Made by a program: the position numbers and the translations under genes. Below the pieces are notes generated by a model. That model was not told the DNA's origin. It worked only from the letters and a program-made list of their open reading frames with translations, and ran no database searches. From Haliotis rufescens (Eukaryota), in the NCBI RefSeq assembly GCF_023055435.1, contig NW_025963890.1, positions 57,350,001-57,414,000 of the forward strand: DNA of 64,000 nucleotides, written 5' to 3'. Position 1 is the stretch's first letter, and each line of letters starts with the position of its first letter. Of the stretch, positions 40,508 to 53,747 are shown in pieces.

Positions 40508-41439
40508 ATGAAGATCATATGCCTTTGCATAGCTCTCTTTGGCGCTGCAGCCAATGGTAAGTAAATACTCGCGTATACATATATACATTACAAATATTAA
40601 CTACATATCTTTATCTGTGCGAATTAATCAACTGCATAATTATATATAAGTACAGTTTGTGTTGCGAGTACAGTTCATGAATATTCTCAAAGATGAGACA
40701 CTGTGCACAATTCTATTGCAATATCATAACTCTCATCATTCTTTTCCAGCTCAAAGTACTGCACATGCTTATAACAACGTCAACCAGTTTAGTTTCCCTC
40801 CAATGAACAGCCATCACAGTCAAGGCAACACTGTATCCACGGCATATGGTTACCATGGTAACAGTATGTCCACCAACAACGGTAACCAAGGTAATTCTGT
40901 TTCCAAAGACTACGGTTACAAAGACAACAAGTGACAGTGGTAGTTGTAGTGGTAGTAATAGTAGTAGTAATGGTAGTAGTAGCAGTAGCAGTTAAACGAT
41001 ATAAGGAACGTAATATTAGCATAAGTAAACGATAACTCACATGAAACATCATTTGCTTGCAGCTCAAGCACCTGCACCAGCTTACCCCACGACGAATACC
41101 AACGCTTACCAAATGTCAAACAACTACGCCTACCAAGTGAATGATTACAATGGTTACCAAAGCAACGCCGCGCCCGCTACAACTGGTTACCAGAGCAACA
41201 CAAACAACATCAACTCTTACATGCTTCCTATGATGATGGGTATGGATCAAGGAAGTCACATGGCAACTCTCGGAATGATGATGAACTCCAAACAAGGCAA
41301 CAACATGCTCCCCTTCTACATGATGAACCAAGGGTATGAGAACATGCTACCCATGATCGCCTTCATGAACCGCGGGAACCAGAGAGGCCAGAGGATGAAC
41401 CCCTTCATGATGATGACTCTTCATGAAGCGATGAACTAA
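40508..41439 (+). CDS. Secreted Met-rich protein, copy 5 (188 aa)
   Basis: join(40508..40556,40750..40890,41063..41439). Open frame, AATAAA 41591. Confidence 0.85.
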
Positions 41440-41847
41440 AGAATTGACTAAACTGTGGTGTCATATTTGAGTGAATGCTAGAGGTTGATTATTTATGTAT
41501 GTTTGTTAGATGGTATCCCATGATGCACTCTCAAAACGTTGATGTCATGATTATTTATTGACTTATTTATGAAACAATAATAATTTATTGAATAAAATCT
41601 CTTCAATCATACATGATTATGCGGTTGTTGTTTTAAACCTATATACAACATGTGCACTTTCGGCGAATTGATGATACCGTTACATTACATTCGTCCTCAC
41701 ACACTAATTGGTGTCATGACCAGCGGCAACCAGAGAGGCTTCTGCATTAACGTGACAATACATTAACAGTGTCGCGGTATTGATGATAGTGTTCATACGT
41801 TCATTCCCAATTCACAATGTGAAGGTATTTACCATATAATTGAGACA

Positions 41848-42010
41848 GTGAGTGAGTGAGCTGGGTTTAACGCCGCTTTTAACAGTATACCCATTATATC
41901 ACGGCGTGTCAGCTTAATGTCGGGGGAAAGCCCGAGGTAATGCAGGTCTCAGACGTTTACCACTTCGGTGAAACCCACGAGCACGGGTATGGTGCTGACA
42001 AACCTAGAAC
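41848..42010 (-). mobile_element. SINE family C, 3' part
   Basis: Homologous to 57560-57722. Confidence 0.85.
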
Positions 42011-42011
42011 C

Positions 42012-42167
42012 TCGGGTAGCCTAGTGGTTAAAGCGTTCGGTCGTCACGCCGAAGACCCGGGTTCGATTCCCGACATGGGTACAATGTGTGAAGCCCATTT
42101 CAGGTGTCCCCGCCGTGATATTGCTTGAATATTGCTAAAAGCGGCGTAAAACCATACTCATTCACTC
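42012..42167 (+). mobile_element. SINE family A abutting SINE C
   Basis: A/B boxes and TCAC tail. Confidence 0.9.
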
Positions 42168-43144
42168 TAAATCTGAGGGACACTGCAATCGTTTGCAAAC
42201 ATTGCGTTGTCTTTACCCTGCACAAGGAAACGAGTGTTGTATGTGATTGTATCATAATGTCCCTTTCGTCATCATAATGTACCGTTCAGGGACCCGTTCC
42301 ACAAAGCATCAACACGACAGTACGTAGTAACTCCTAATAACATCTTCTAATTTCAACTGGGAGTATTAGTATCTCAGAGCTAGTGATGGAATTACATAAC
42401 CAACGTAAAAGAATACGAAGACAAGCAAAGGTGGTCGTTGAGGACGTTACGGTATATGCGCTGAATGCTCCTACAGATACATCATCAATGTGGAAGGTCA
42501 TTAGAGGTATTTCAAAACCTGCGTCTACTGGTATGTCAACATACGTCAGCATACATGGCATAAGAATAGATTCAATAAATAAAAGCAACAAAACCCTTCC
42601 CGTATTCATAAAATATATCTGCTAAAATTGTCCATTGTTCGTGTCTGTTCTTGACGCTTGCGTTACCATGAGGAAATTTATAATGCCATTCATCTAAACA
42701 AAAACGGTAAAGCAGCAAGTGTTGATATGTGATCGAAATGTTAAAAATTCCAGAAAACGTTGTCATGCCATGTACTCTTGTATCAACACGACAAAAATAA
42801 GGAAAATCAAACGGGGTTGCCATAGATATAGTTTCATCTTTATATTCAAAGGTTCGGGACAATTTGTCAAAAATGAAAGCAAATATCATCTGAAGTTTAC
42901 TGAGAAGAGGGAAATGCCAGACTTCAAAAAAATATATAATGTTAATGCCAAAACATATTCAGTCTCGATTAACTGCCGACAGGTATTCCATTGGACTCTA
43001 AAGGCAAAATAGTGGTTTAGATTATATGAATGGATCACCGCAAATGTTAAAACCTTTGCAGTAATGACACCAGATGTTCGTGAAAAGGAGCAACGCATTC
43101 TTCCCTATCGGTAGCACCCGCCACTCACACATTTTGCAAACCAT

Positions 43145-44140
43145 CTGTGTTACGTTTGGGGATGGGACATTCAGGACATGGGCGCCCCCTTGGTGGTGTG
43201 TTTCTTTAGGCATACGAGTCTGAATCTTTTTTTGGATCGTCAAAATGAAAACAAGGAAATTTGGCCAACAAGTTTAACTTTAGCTTCAGGTGTATCCATT
43301 ATCTGATATCGTTATATGACGGTCAAATAGTTAATACCCTTCCACTGATAAATCCACCTAATTTAGAAATAAGAAATAAGAAGACTGAAACCTCTTATCC
43401 GTTACATGTTCAGATCAATACATAAAGATTCAGGGTGTCATAAACTATACACAAGACTGTATGACAAGGGGAATGGTTTCGACTGTCCAATAGTCAAATG
43501 TCCCTTCATGTCGAGCAATATTCCAGCAGCTCTAGCCTTATGGCGTCCACTTTAGGGTACTTTTGAGCTGCAATCGAGCATACTCTTTGCCTTTGCAATG
43601 TGTTTGTGATGGGTGCCATCGATGGGGCAGGATACGCACACCTTTTCGCGAATAACTGGCTACATCAATAGTAGATAGTGATTCATGAACACTTGCTAAT
43701 GAAGTAGAACCACCGAATTATTTGTTTACATTAACTTTAAGACAATATCATTCAGTATTTATTACATGTCTGCCCATTATGTAACAATGGAATTGAAAAT
43801 GTACATTATTTTGTCATATTATATTCCGTGTGTAATGATTTACACAAGACTGTATGGCAAGAGGAAAGATTTCGACTGTCTAATTTCCCTTTATGTCTAG
43901 CAATATTCCAGCAGCTCTTGCCTTCTACGTGTCTACTAAGACATGCGTTTGCATGTTGACTTGCCTTTGCATGTGTTTGTGATGGGTGCCACCGGTGGGG
44001 CATCACTATTTGATAGTGATTCATAAACACATACTCATGATGTAGAACCTGATCAATATTTATACCAGTATACAGTAACTTTAAGAAAGTATCATTCAGT
44101 ATTTATTACGTGTATGTTCATGATGAAACAATGGATTTAC
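43145..44140 (+). mobile_element. Diverged Penelope-like RT remnants (two partial copies)
   Basis: LYDKGNGFDCPIVKCPFMSSNIPAA-type motif at ~43455-43535, repeated at ~43845-43920. Confidence 0.65.
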
Positions 44141-44432
44141 AAATGAATATAAATTTGTTTCAGTTTGCCACTTGTATAATCTTTTTATCCGCTTAAACAC
44201 TGAAAAGGAAACTCTTCCTCGGCAATTAAACAAACTTTGATTACATACCATTTCTACAGGAAGTGCACTGATACAATAGACGCAAGCTCAATGTTAAATG
44301 GTACTTTGCACTGATGCACTGATGCTATATCTTACATCCTTCTTTTATCAAATACTTCAAAAGCATATCGTAATTTGTATACCTGAGAAAATAAGCTCTG
44401 AAATTACCCAAGGTAATTAATGGTTTATCATC

Positions 44433-45317
44433 GTATTGAATTGTAGAGACTAAGTAGTAAAGTATTGAATTGTCTAGACGAGGTGGTAAGATATTGAATT
44501 GAATAGACTAAGTGGTAAGGTATTGAATTGTATAGACTAAGTAGTAAAGTATTGAATTGTCTAGACGAAGTTGTAAGGTATTGAATGGTATAGACTAAGT
44601 GGTATGGTATTGAATTGTATAGACTAAGTTGTATGGTATTAAATCGTACAGACAAAATGGTATGGTATTGAATTGTATAGACTAAGTGGTAAAGTATTGA
44701 ATTGTATCGACTAAGTGGTATGGTATTGAATTGTATAGACTAAGTTGTATGGTATTGAATTGTATAGACTAAGTGGTAAAGTATTGAATTGTACAGACAA
44801 ATTGGTAAGGTATTGCATTATATAGACTAAGTGGTAAAGTATTGAATTGTATAGACTAAGTAGTAAAGTATTGAATTGTCTAGACGAAGTGGTAAAGTAT
44901 TGCATTATATAGACTAAGTGGTAAGGTATTGAATTGTATAGACTAAGTAGTAAAGTATTGAATTGTCTAGACGAAGTGGTAAAGTATTGCATTATATAGA
45001 CTAAGTGGTAAGGTATTGAATTGTATAGACTAAGTAGTAAAGTATTGAATTGTATAGACTAAGTGGTAAAGTATTGAATTGTACAGACAAAGTGCTAAGG
45101 TATTGCATTATATAGACTAAGTGATAAAGTATTGAATTGTATAGACTAAGTAGTAAGGTCTTGAATTATATAGACTAAGTGGTAAGGTATTGCATTATAT
45201 AGACTAAGCGGTAAAGTATTGAATTGTATAGACTAAGTTGTAAGGTATTGAATTATATAGACTATGTGGTAAGGTATTGCATTATATAGACAAAGTGGTA
45301 AGGTATTGAATTATATA
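44433..45317. repeat. 29-bp minisatellite, ~30 copies (agactaagtggtaaggtattgaattgtat)
   Basis: Direct observation. Confidence 0.95.
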
Positions 45318-45587
45318 AGATATTGAACGTTCAACAACAAACAAACATGTCAGAATTCCTTCCTTGTATATTGACATGTTGTTTTTTTCCTTCCAATAGA
45401 AAGGAAAACTGCGTTTATGTGAGGGGTTCATTCGGTATGTCGCAGACATGACTTATTTGCACTTATTGCACTTCTTTATATATTGTTCGTTATTTAACAA
45501 AACAGACAAAATTGGTATTGTTATAGTTTAACAAAACGTTTAAACAATTAACATAACACGGTTGTCCCGGTGGAGCATCCTTCAGTA

Positions 45588-45868
45588 AACCCATGCTTGC
45601 CGTAAAAGGTGACTTTGCTTGTCGTAAAAGGTGACTTTGCTTGTCGTAAAAGGTGCCTTTGCTTGTCGTAAAAGGCGACTATCGGGATCGGGTGGTCAGG
45701 CTCGCTGACTTGGTTGATGCATATCATCGATCCCAATTGCGTGGATCGATGCTCATGATGTCGATCACTGGATTGTCTGGTCCAGACTCGATTATTTACA
45801 GACCGCCGTCATATAGCTGGAATAGTGCTGAGTGCGGCGTTAAACAACAAACAAACAAACAAACAAAA
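45588..45868 (+). mobile_element. SINE-like family B, 5'-truncated
   Basis: (AAAC)n tail, flanking direct repeat catccttcagta (45576-45587, 45869-45880), internal 22-bp triplication. Confidence 0.85.
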
Positions 45869-46134
45869 CATCCTTCAGTAGCCTGGCCTTGTCACAGAAA
45901 TAGGGATCTGTCCAACACTGATGCAGGACAAGTCACATAACCAACACCCGCTCTATTAACATGAAGAAGCTTTGTGTCAGGAAACGCCTGAGGGAAGAAT
46001 GTATATGTCCAACCTAATGCAACACGTTGCTTTATTAGTGAGTGAATTAGGTAATTATGACATTCTAGATGTATTACTTCATCTCGGACACGAAGAAACT
46101 GGAATGATCTGAAGAGTGATGTGATATGAAGTGG

Positions 46135-46197
46135 TATATATACCACATACTCTGTCCCAGACAACACTCATTGCCAGCATCTTCTTGCATCTTGAAG
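46135..46197 (+). promoter_or_regulatory. Candidate TATA/Inr/non-coding exon 1 of copy 6
   Basis: TATATATA 46135-46142, TCATT at 46168, donor GAAG|GTAACT after 46197. Same layout as copies 1-5 but no sequence similarity. Confidence 0.45.
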
Positions 46198-46459
46198 GTA
46201 ACTTTGTGGGTCCAGGTTGCTTTACGTGTGTGCATCTTATCTTAATGCGTTTGTTTTGTTAGCATGTTGACACTTATAGAATTTAATATTTACTTTAGTT
46301 TACATAGTGTGTTAATTCTTCACTGTATTTACATTCTAAATAGTTGAAGCTTTACCATACATTCTTATATTCATAGTATTTACTGAACCTCTACCAATAC
46401 GATGTGCAATAGGATACGGGAATTTGTATATATTCTATTTTGGTGTTTACATGTCGGAA

Positions 46460-46880
46460 CATTCTCTTTCTGCCAAGATTTTAAAGAGCGTCATACGACT
46501 CTTGCTCTGAAGTTGTTTGATCAAGGTTCCAACATTCAAGGCCTCTGTAGAGCTTTCAAAAAGTTTTATGGTAGACATTTAGAGGACATTACCAAATTTG
46601 ACGCATCAGTGAGAAAAATCATTTCCGTTGCAATTCCCTATTCGGACTTGTACCATATGTTCCCATGTTGTTTTTTCAGGTGAACAATTGACTTGCCTTT
46701 GCAAGTGTTTGTGACGGGTGCCACCGGTGGGTCAGGATACGCTCACCTTTTCGCGAACACCTGGTATCATCACTATTTGATTCATAAACACATGCTCATG
46801 ATATAGTCTGAATTGTACAATCGACTCTGCTTTATGCAGAGATTTCTTTTGGATATGAAAAGGGTTTTGTCGCTTTATTT
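46460..46880 (+). mobile_element. Penelope-like 3' fragment upstream of copy 6 exon 2
   Basis: QDFKERHTTLALKLFDQGSNIQGLCRAFKKFYGRHLEDITKFDASV. Confidence 0.75.
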
Positions 46881-46941
46881 AAATTATGTACTATTTACTG
46901 TAATGTATTTATTCTTTACTTACAGACGAAATAACATAAAC

Positions 46942-48300
46942 ATGAAGGTTTTCTTTCTGTGTGTGGTGGCTGTCGTGTTCGGTGTCGTCGCTCGAGGTGA
47001 GTTGATCTTCCTATGGTGATTGAGTTGAACATAAAGCCTGATCAGTTCTATGTATTTGATAGTGATTCATATACAGATGCTTATTATATAGTTGGAATCG
47101 TACACTGGACTGTGAGTTTTGCAGAGATTTCTTATGATCATGGAAAGGGCTGTGTCTCTTTTATTATACAGTAAACTACGGTTATAACGAACTCAAAGGG
47201 ACCACTAATTTTAGTTTGTTATAATCGTAGTTCGTTATAAGCATATATAACATATATACCGCAAATGGCCGGGGGAAAAAAACCAGTTCGTTATCTCCGT
47301 CTGTTCGTTAGAAGCGTGTTCGTTATAAACGTAGTTTACTGTAATTACAAATATTTTTATAAAAAGAAATTGTCGATTTTATTCAGACATAATTATCGCT
47401 TGGCTGAAATCCAACAGCTACAGGCAACTTTTTGCTAATAGGCGTTACTGATTAAATACTTTATTAAAGTGTTTTCAAAATTATTTAGCAAAATATTCAA
47501 TTAGTAAGAGATGGTGATTTGTGAGGTATGGTTTCTGTTTAACAGCGCAGTCCCCTGCAACTAATGCCACAACTGTCGATGCTCAGACAAGTGCTACAGT
47601 CCCACAAGGAAACCCTTCAACAAATATCCACGTCCCACAAGGAAACCCTTCAACAAATACCCACGTCCCACAAGGAAACCCTTCAACAAACATCCACGTC
47701 CCACAAGGAAACCCTTCAACAAACATCCCAAACTATCATATGATGAACACCCAAGGATACCCCACGACAAACCCACACGCCCCATATGGATTCCCCGTGA
47801 TGAACACCCAAGGATACCCCACGACAAACCGACGCGCCCCATATGGATTCCCCGTGATGAACACTCAAGGGTACTCCATGGCAAACACCCAAGGATATCA
47901 AATGGCGAATACCCAAGGATACCCAATGACGAACAACCAAGGCTATCAAATGACGGAAAACCCGGTCTATCCAATGACCATCGGCAATAGCATGCCTACT
48001 AATAATGGTTACCACGGCAACATCTTGCCCGCCAACAACCATTACCAAACCTTAGGGAACACCAACAACGTCAACTCTTACATGCTTCCAATGATGATGG
48101 GTATGGATCAAGGAAGTCACATGGCAACTCTCGGAATGATGATGAACTCGAGGCAGGGCAACAGCATTCTCCCCTTCTACATGATGAACCAAGGGTATGA
48201 GAACATGCTTCCCATGATGGCCTTCATGAACCGCGGGAACCAGAGAGGCCAGAGGATGAACCCCTTCATGATGATGACCCTTCATGAAGCGATGAACTAA
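46942..48300 (+). CDS. Secreted Met-rich protein, copy 6 (269 aa) with expanded Pro/Gln/Asn/Thr repeats
   Basis: join(46942..46996,47546..48300). Signal peptide MKVFFLCVVAVVFGVVARA|Q, donor CGAG|GTGAGT, acceptor ttaacag|CG, AATAAA 48439. Confidence 0.88.
47169..47341. mobile_element. Tigger/pogo-like MITE in the intron of copy 6
   Basis: TIR cagtaaactacggttataacgaac / gttcgttataaacgtagtttactg, TA TSD. Confidence 0.85.
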
Positions 48301-48802
48301 AGAATTGACTAAATATTTGAGTGAACACAAGAGGTTGATTATTTGTGTATGTTTGTTGGATGGTATCCCACGATGCACGTCCAAAACCATTATATCATGA
48401 CTATTTATTGAATAATTTATAACAATAATAATTTATTGAATAAAATTTCTTTAATCATACATGCTATTGAGTTTGTTGTTTCAAATCTACATGCCAACTT
48501 TAACACCATGTAGAATATTATGTTTTCCTGTTGGTCAGGACTACATTTAAAAATATATGTACACATTTTTATACGATAATATATTTATTTATTAAACAGA
48601 TTTTTATTTTATTTTTAAAACTGTTAACTATTTATGTTCACTTTGGATAAGCATCATTATTCACTGGTTTGAATTTAACATGGTATTCATAACAAGATAT
48701 ATGTCTTCACGTACATGTAGATGGATCTACCTGAGTTCATAAATTCATCACTTTCAACATATCACGCATGAAGAGTTTTCACCTTTTTATATAAACAATA
48801 TG

Positions 48803-48975
48803 CAGTAAACTACGGTTATAACGAACTCAAAGGGATCAGTAATTTTAGTTCGTAATAACCGTAGTTCGTTATAAGCATATATGCAGCATAATTATATACA
48901 GTAAATGGCCGGGACAAAAAACAAGTTCGTTATATATGCGTCAGTTCGTTATGAGCGTGTTCGTAATAAACGTAG
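48803..48975. mobile_element. Tigger/pogo-like MITE (one end eroded)
   Basis: Same family as 47169-47341. Confidence 0.8.
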
Positions 48976-50149
48976 ATGTCCTGATCATACACTATCATAC
49001 ACTTTCCCGCCAGTGTTGAAGGGAATTATTAACACATCAATAACAACAGTGTTAAAATTTATATGAAGGCGAAAGTGTAAAGTGCAAAATATTAATTATA
49101 TAATATTTAGTATGCATTATTTGAATATTAGAAACATAGTGTTGACGAAGACATATCTGCGCTTCAGTAGGAGTAACTGCGTTATTTCTGCATTACAAGA
49201 GCCCACTCGACTTGTCACTCGACCCCACTCGGCATATTCCGGTATTTACGGAGCAAACATAGTTCGGGTAACAATGGCGTAGTGATATTACATGTAGTCA
49301 CAGATTTTCCGGCGCTTATATAAATTAGGTATACGATAATTTGATGACAAAAGCAACCAGAAACAAGTTATACAGTTAACAAGCTATACAATTAAATAGT
49401 TATAGAAGGTGCACGACTACGGCCAAATGGTGTTGTATCCATGTATTGTCACGTGAATGAAACTAGTTACAAAATGGCGTCTTGTCAGTGTTGTCCGAGA
49501 TGAGCCGAAGGCGACGTTATGTGAAGGATGTCTGGTCGAGGCTGTGTTACCTTAGCCTGGGGCAATGTAATACAAATGACCATCCATCACCTGTTATACC
49601 CGAATGAGTGAATTAGGTTTAAGCCCTGTTTATTTACTGTTCACAACACTAAATGTATTGGTAAGGCTATATTATGTCGAAAAGGCTGATTTTGCGGTTT
49701 GTGTGTGTGTGTGGAGTGGGGGTGGGGGCGGGGGGTGGGGTGGGGGGTGGGGAAAGGGGGTAGGGGTGGAGGGGGGGGGGGGGGGGGGTTTGCTCATTCT
49801 TGATTTTGACATTTTAGTGAAAGAGCCAGTAGTATTTTTGATTTTTATTAACCACTAAAACACCGTAAGCTGTCCCTGGGAATGCGTCGTCTACAACGTG
49901 AAGACCACCTACTGGCTTTTGGCATGCTTCTGACTGATAGTGGGAGGTTTCCAATACATGCAATGTGTCTCAGCCTGTGATTTGCCGATTTGGAACATGT
50001 TTCTGCAGAATATAAAATGTTGATGATCGACCCTGCACAGGGGGCCTTAATCAGGATTAAGTCCAGGATCGATTAATCAGAAACCAAGCTTTACGAAATC
50101 GGGCCCAAACAGTCAATCAGATCTCTGTTCACTTGCGCAAGGACACCAG

Positions 50150-50880
50150 TGTTCAACTTACTGACCAGAAATCGACTTCATACAGCGAATCTGCATGCTC
50201 GGCGACCACGTGTTGGATCACAGTTAAAAAAATTACACATTCTAGCCAGACACCGGTGGTATTATGAGCGTAGAAACTGGGACAATCGCCGGTGATCTCG
50301 AGTAATGGACTTTCTGGGTAGGCGTGGACGTGTCTGGGGCGTCCTAATGATCGTTAATGTTACAGATTTGTGGGTGGGTCGGTAATGTGGGGCGGGATCA
50401 CTGGGACTGCTAGAAAACAACTGCCAGGAAGGCATGGAGTGAGTAAGTGAGTGAGTGAGTGTGGTTTTACGCCGCTTTTAGCAATATTCAAGCAATATTA
50501 CGGCGGGGGACACCAGAAATGGGCTTCACAAATTGTAACCATGTCGAGAATCGAACCCAGGTCTTCGACGTGACGAGCGAACGCTTTAACCACTAGGCTA
50601 CCCGACCGCCCCAGGAAGGCATGGAAGGGTCGCTGGACAGTACCACCTAGATAAAATATTGGCGCCAATTGTCCACGTTTTGTCTTTCAAGAATATAACG
50701 CTTGTGTCCACCGTGCTGACTAAATTACAATGGCCAGCCATGATGCTTGACCTTACCCCCACAGAGAACGTTTGTACGCCGACGTCAACGTCCAACGACT
50801 AGACATGTCTCCCTCAAATTGTCATTTGGAGATTGATTCGGACTATGCCATGCCATATAAACGAATGTTTGACCAATTGT
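50150..50880 (+). mobile_element. Degenerate Tc1/mariner transposase remnant interrupted by a SINE
   Basis: Ordered motifs RNRLHTANLHARRP, GGSVM-WGGI, VFQEYNACVHRA and LQWPAMMLDLTPTENV (cf. FQQDNARPH / WPARSPDLNPIENVW). Confidence 0.7.
50439..50612 (-). mobile_element. SINE family A
   Basis: Full length; TSD aggaaggcatgga (50426-50438, 50613-50625). Confidence 0.92.
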
Positions 50881-51164
50881 GGGGGCATAACCCATTGGTC
50901 AGGTCATCTATAAAGCACCTTTTTCACTTCGCATTCCTGTCGCTTTTCTTGGTTGTTTGCACCCAAACACCGCCAACATGTTCTGTTGATTGTCATGTCA
51001 CACACAGTCATTACTTTTGCCTATCCATCCACAACTATCTGTGTATTTCTCTAATCATCTGTTATTTTTCGCATATCCCCTACTTTCCTTGCAGAGTATA
51101 TATGAGGCACGAAAGGTTTCACTGGGGATTCGATGTTTAGAAATGCTAAGCGCCTTTTAGTACC

Positions 51165-51420
51165 CAGTCGTTTCTTGGCGCCGCAATTAGCTGTGCAGAG
51201 TTGCGTCCGTTGGGCACGCCAGAAACCTATGATTGTGGGTTCGAATCCCGGTTCGCCCCTGTTTGTAGGTTTGTCAACACCATACCCGTGCTCGTGGGTT
51301 TCATTAAAGTGGTAAACGACCTGCATCACTTCGGGCTTTCCTCCCACATCAAGCTGAGACGCTGGATATAACTGGACTACTGTTAAAAGCAGGGTTAAAC
51401 CCAACTCACTCACTCACTCA
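51165..51420 (+). mobile_element. SINE family C
   Basis: ggttcgaatccc B box, TCAC tail. Confidence 0.85.
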
Positions 51421-51575
51421 TTGATAGGAACTTGCAGATTGAGGTTGGTCCGGTAACCTATATGACTATCCCAAAATCGGTAAATTCTAGGCCACAAAAT
51501 CATTATATGAATATTAAATAAACATTTATAGAAAGTGTTCCAGCACTTTATTGCTCGTCGTAAGTGACGACCTAA

Positions 51576-51683
51576 TGTTTGTTTGTTTGTTTGCCTTTTT
51601 AACGCCGCGCTCAGCGACATTCCAGCTATATGACGGCGATCTGTAAATAATCGAGTCTGACCAGACAATCCAGTGATTGACAT
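51576..51683 (-). mobile_element. SINE-like family B 3' fragment
   Basis: (AAAC)n tail and 3' body. Confidence 0.8.
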
Positions 51684-52200
51684 TAAGTTCGCATGGAAAA
51701 TGTTTGTTTGGATAGTATGGACAGATCAGTATGATAGACATTTAATGCCTTTGTATGAATAGCAAATATGTGAATGCATATGGCGTTTAATCACTCCAGG
51801 AGGACAAGCCCGTTTCAATAGGACGTGGGCGTAATAGTAGATTTAGGACGTGTTTCCAGGCATGTCGTAGGTCTTTGTGCTAAGCATAGGGCATTTTGGT
51901 GTCCATGGAATTCTTTATCAGCTATGGCATCTATAGCAGATACGGAACTTATCATGGGTAGGACTTTGTAGGTAAAGGCCGTTTAGCTCTCCCTGATGGT
52001 TTGAGAACCTTTACGCGAACACCTGGTGTCATCACTATTTGATAGCGATTGATAAACACATGGTCATGATATAGTCGGATTCGTACAATCGACTCTGCTT
52101 CATGCAGAAATTTCTATTGGATATGGAAAGGGTTTTGTCGCTTTATTTCCCACCTTCAACGCAATTCTTTCTCTCTTTCTGCTTCTGTGCTCATTATCAA

Positions 52201-52892
52201 ATAATATCCCCATCACTAGATGGCTGTAATATGATATCCCCATCACTATATGGCTGTAATATGATATCCCCATCACTATATGGCTGTAATATGATATACC
52301 CATCACTATATGGCTGCAATATGATATCCCCATCACTATATGGCTGCAATATGATATCCCCATCACTATATGGCTGCAATATGATATCCCCATCACTATA
52401 TGGCTGTAATATGATATCTCCATCACTATATGGCTGCAATATGATATCCCCATCACTATATGGCTGCAATATGATATCCCCATCACTATATGGCTGCAAT
52501 ATGATATCCCCATCACTATATGGCTGTAATATGATATCTCCATCACTATATGGCTGCAATATGATATCCCCATCACTATATGGCTGCAATATGATATCCC
52601 CATCACTATATGGCTGCAATATGATATCCCCATCACTATATGGCTGCAATATGATATCCCCATCACTATATGGCTGCAATATGATATCCCCATCACTATA
52701 TGGCTGCAATATGATATCCCCATCACTATATGGCTGCAATATGATATCCCCATCACTATATGGCTGTAATATGATATCTCCATCACTATATGGCTGCAAT
52801 ATGATATCCCCATCACTATATGGCTGCAATATGATATCCCCATCACTATATGGCTGCAATATGATATCCCCATCACTATATGGCTGCAATAT
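52201..52892. repeat. 30-bp minisatellite, ~23 copies (atgatatccccatcactatatggctgcaat)
   Basis: Direct observation; very homogeneous. Confidence 0.97.
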
Positions 52893-53273
52893 TGCCGATG
52901 CGATGTGAAAATTTACATAGTAATGTATTCGCAGCCTACAATTTCGGGATTTCCTCCCACATCAAGCAGACGCGGCTTGATATAGCTGGAATACTCATTT
53001 CATAACATCGATATTTACATACGTTTCTTAATAACCTTTCATCGTTTGAAGACAGAAGCGTTCAAAATATATACATATTTTGATAATGACAATAGAGAGT
53101 AGACAGATATAGGTGTTTATGTTCTTATAGGAATTACATATTAAAGTAAAATGGGGTTCACCCTCTATCCCTTGATTACAAAGAGGACACATACGTTAAC
53201 TTAAATAAACCCCAACTACCTCCCTTCGTTAGCCTTCAAGCTTAAACTTTCTTCACCATAAACCTCTTTTTAG

Positions 53274-53747
53274 TGCCTCAAAGTGAGATTGACCAATCAG
53301 AGAGCAGAACTACTGACCCCACATGAGCCCGTATACCGTCAGTAAAAATCCAAGATGGATGATACTGACCTAATATGAGCCCGTTTTCCGTCAGTAAAAA
53401 TCCAAGAAAGTTGATACTGACTTAATATGAGCCCGAATACCGTCAGTAAAAATCCAAGATAGTTGATACTGACCTAATATGAGATCGTATACCGTCAGTA
53501 AAAAGCCAAGATGGTTAATACTGATCTGATATTTTACTGACGGTATACGGGCTCATGTGGGGTTAGTAGTTCTGCTCTCTGATTGGTCAATCTCACTTTG
53601 AGGCATAATGATATTAGTTATGGTGTCTTTAGTTGCCGTATACGGTGTCATATTAGGTTAGCAGAAAAATATACGCCTCGCCCAATATTTTTTTGTTTGC
53701 TAACCTTATATGACACGGTATACGGCAACTAAAGACGCCATAACTAA
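53274..53747. mobile_element. Double-hairpin non-autonomous element
   Basis: ~72-bp inverted repeats (53274.. / ..53605) enclose ~59-bp tandem repeats; a second hairpin follows at 53614-53747. Confidence 0.65.

Noticed and set aside
49715-49790. G-rich tract as a functional G-quadruplex
   Set aside because: Simple low-complexity run with no supporting context.
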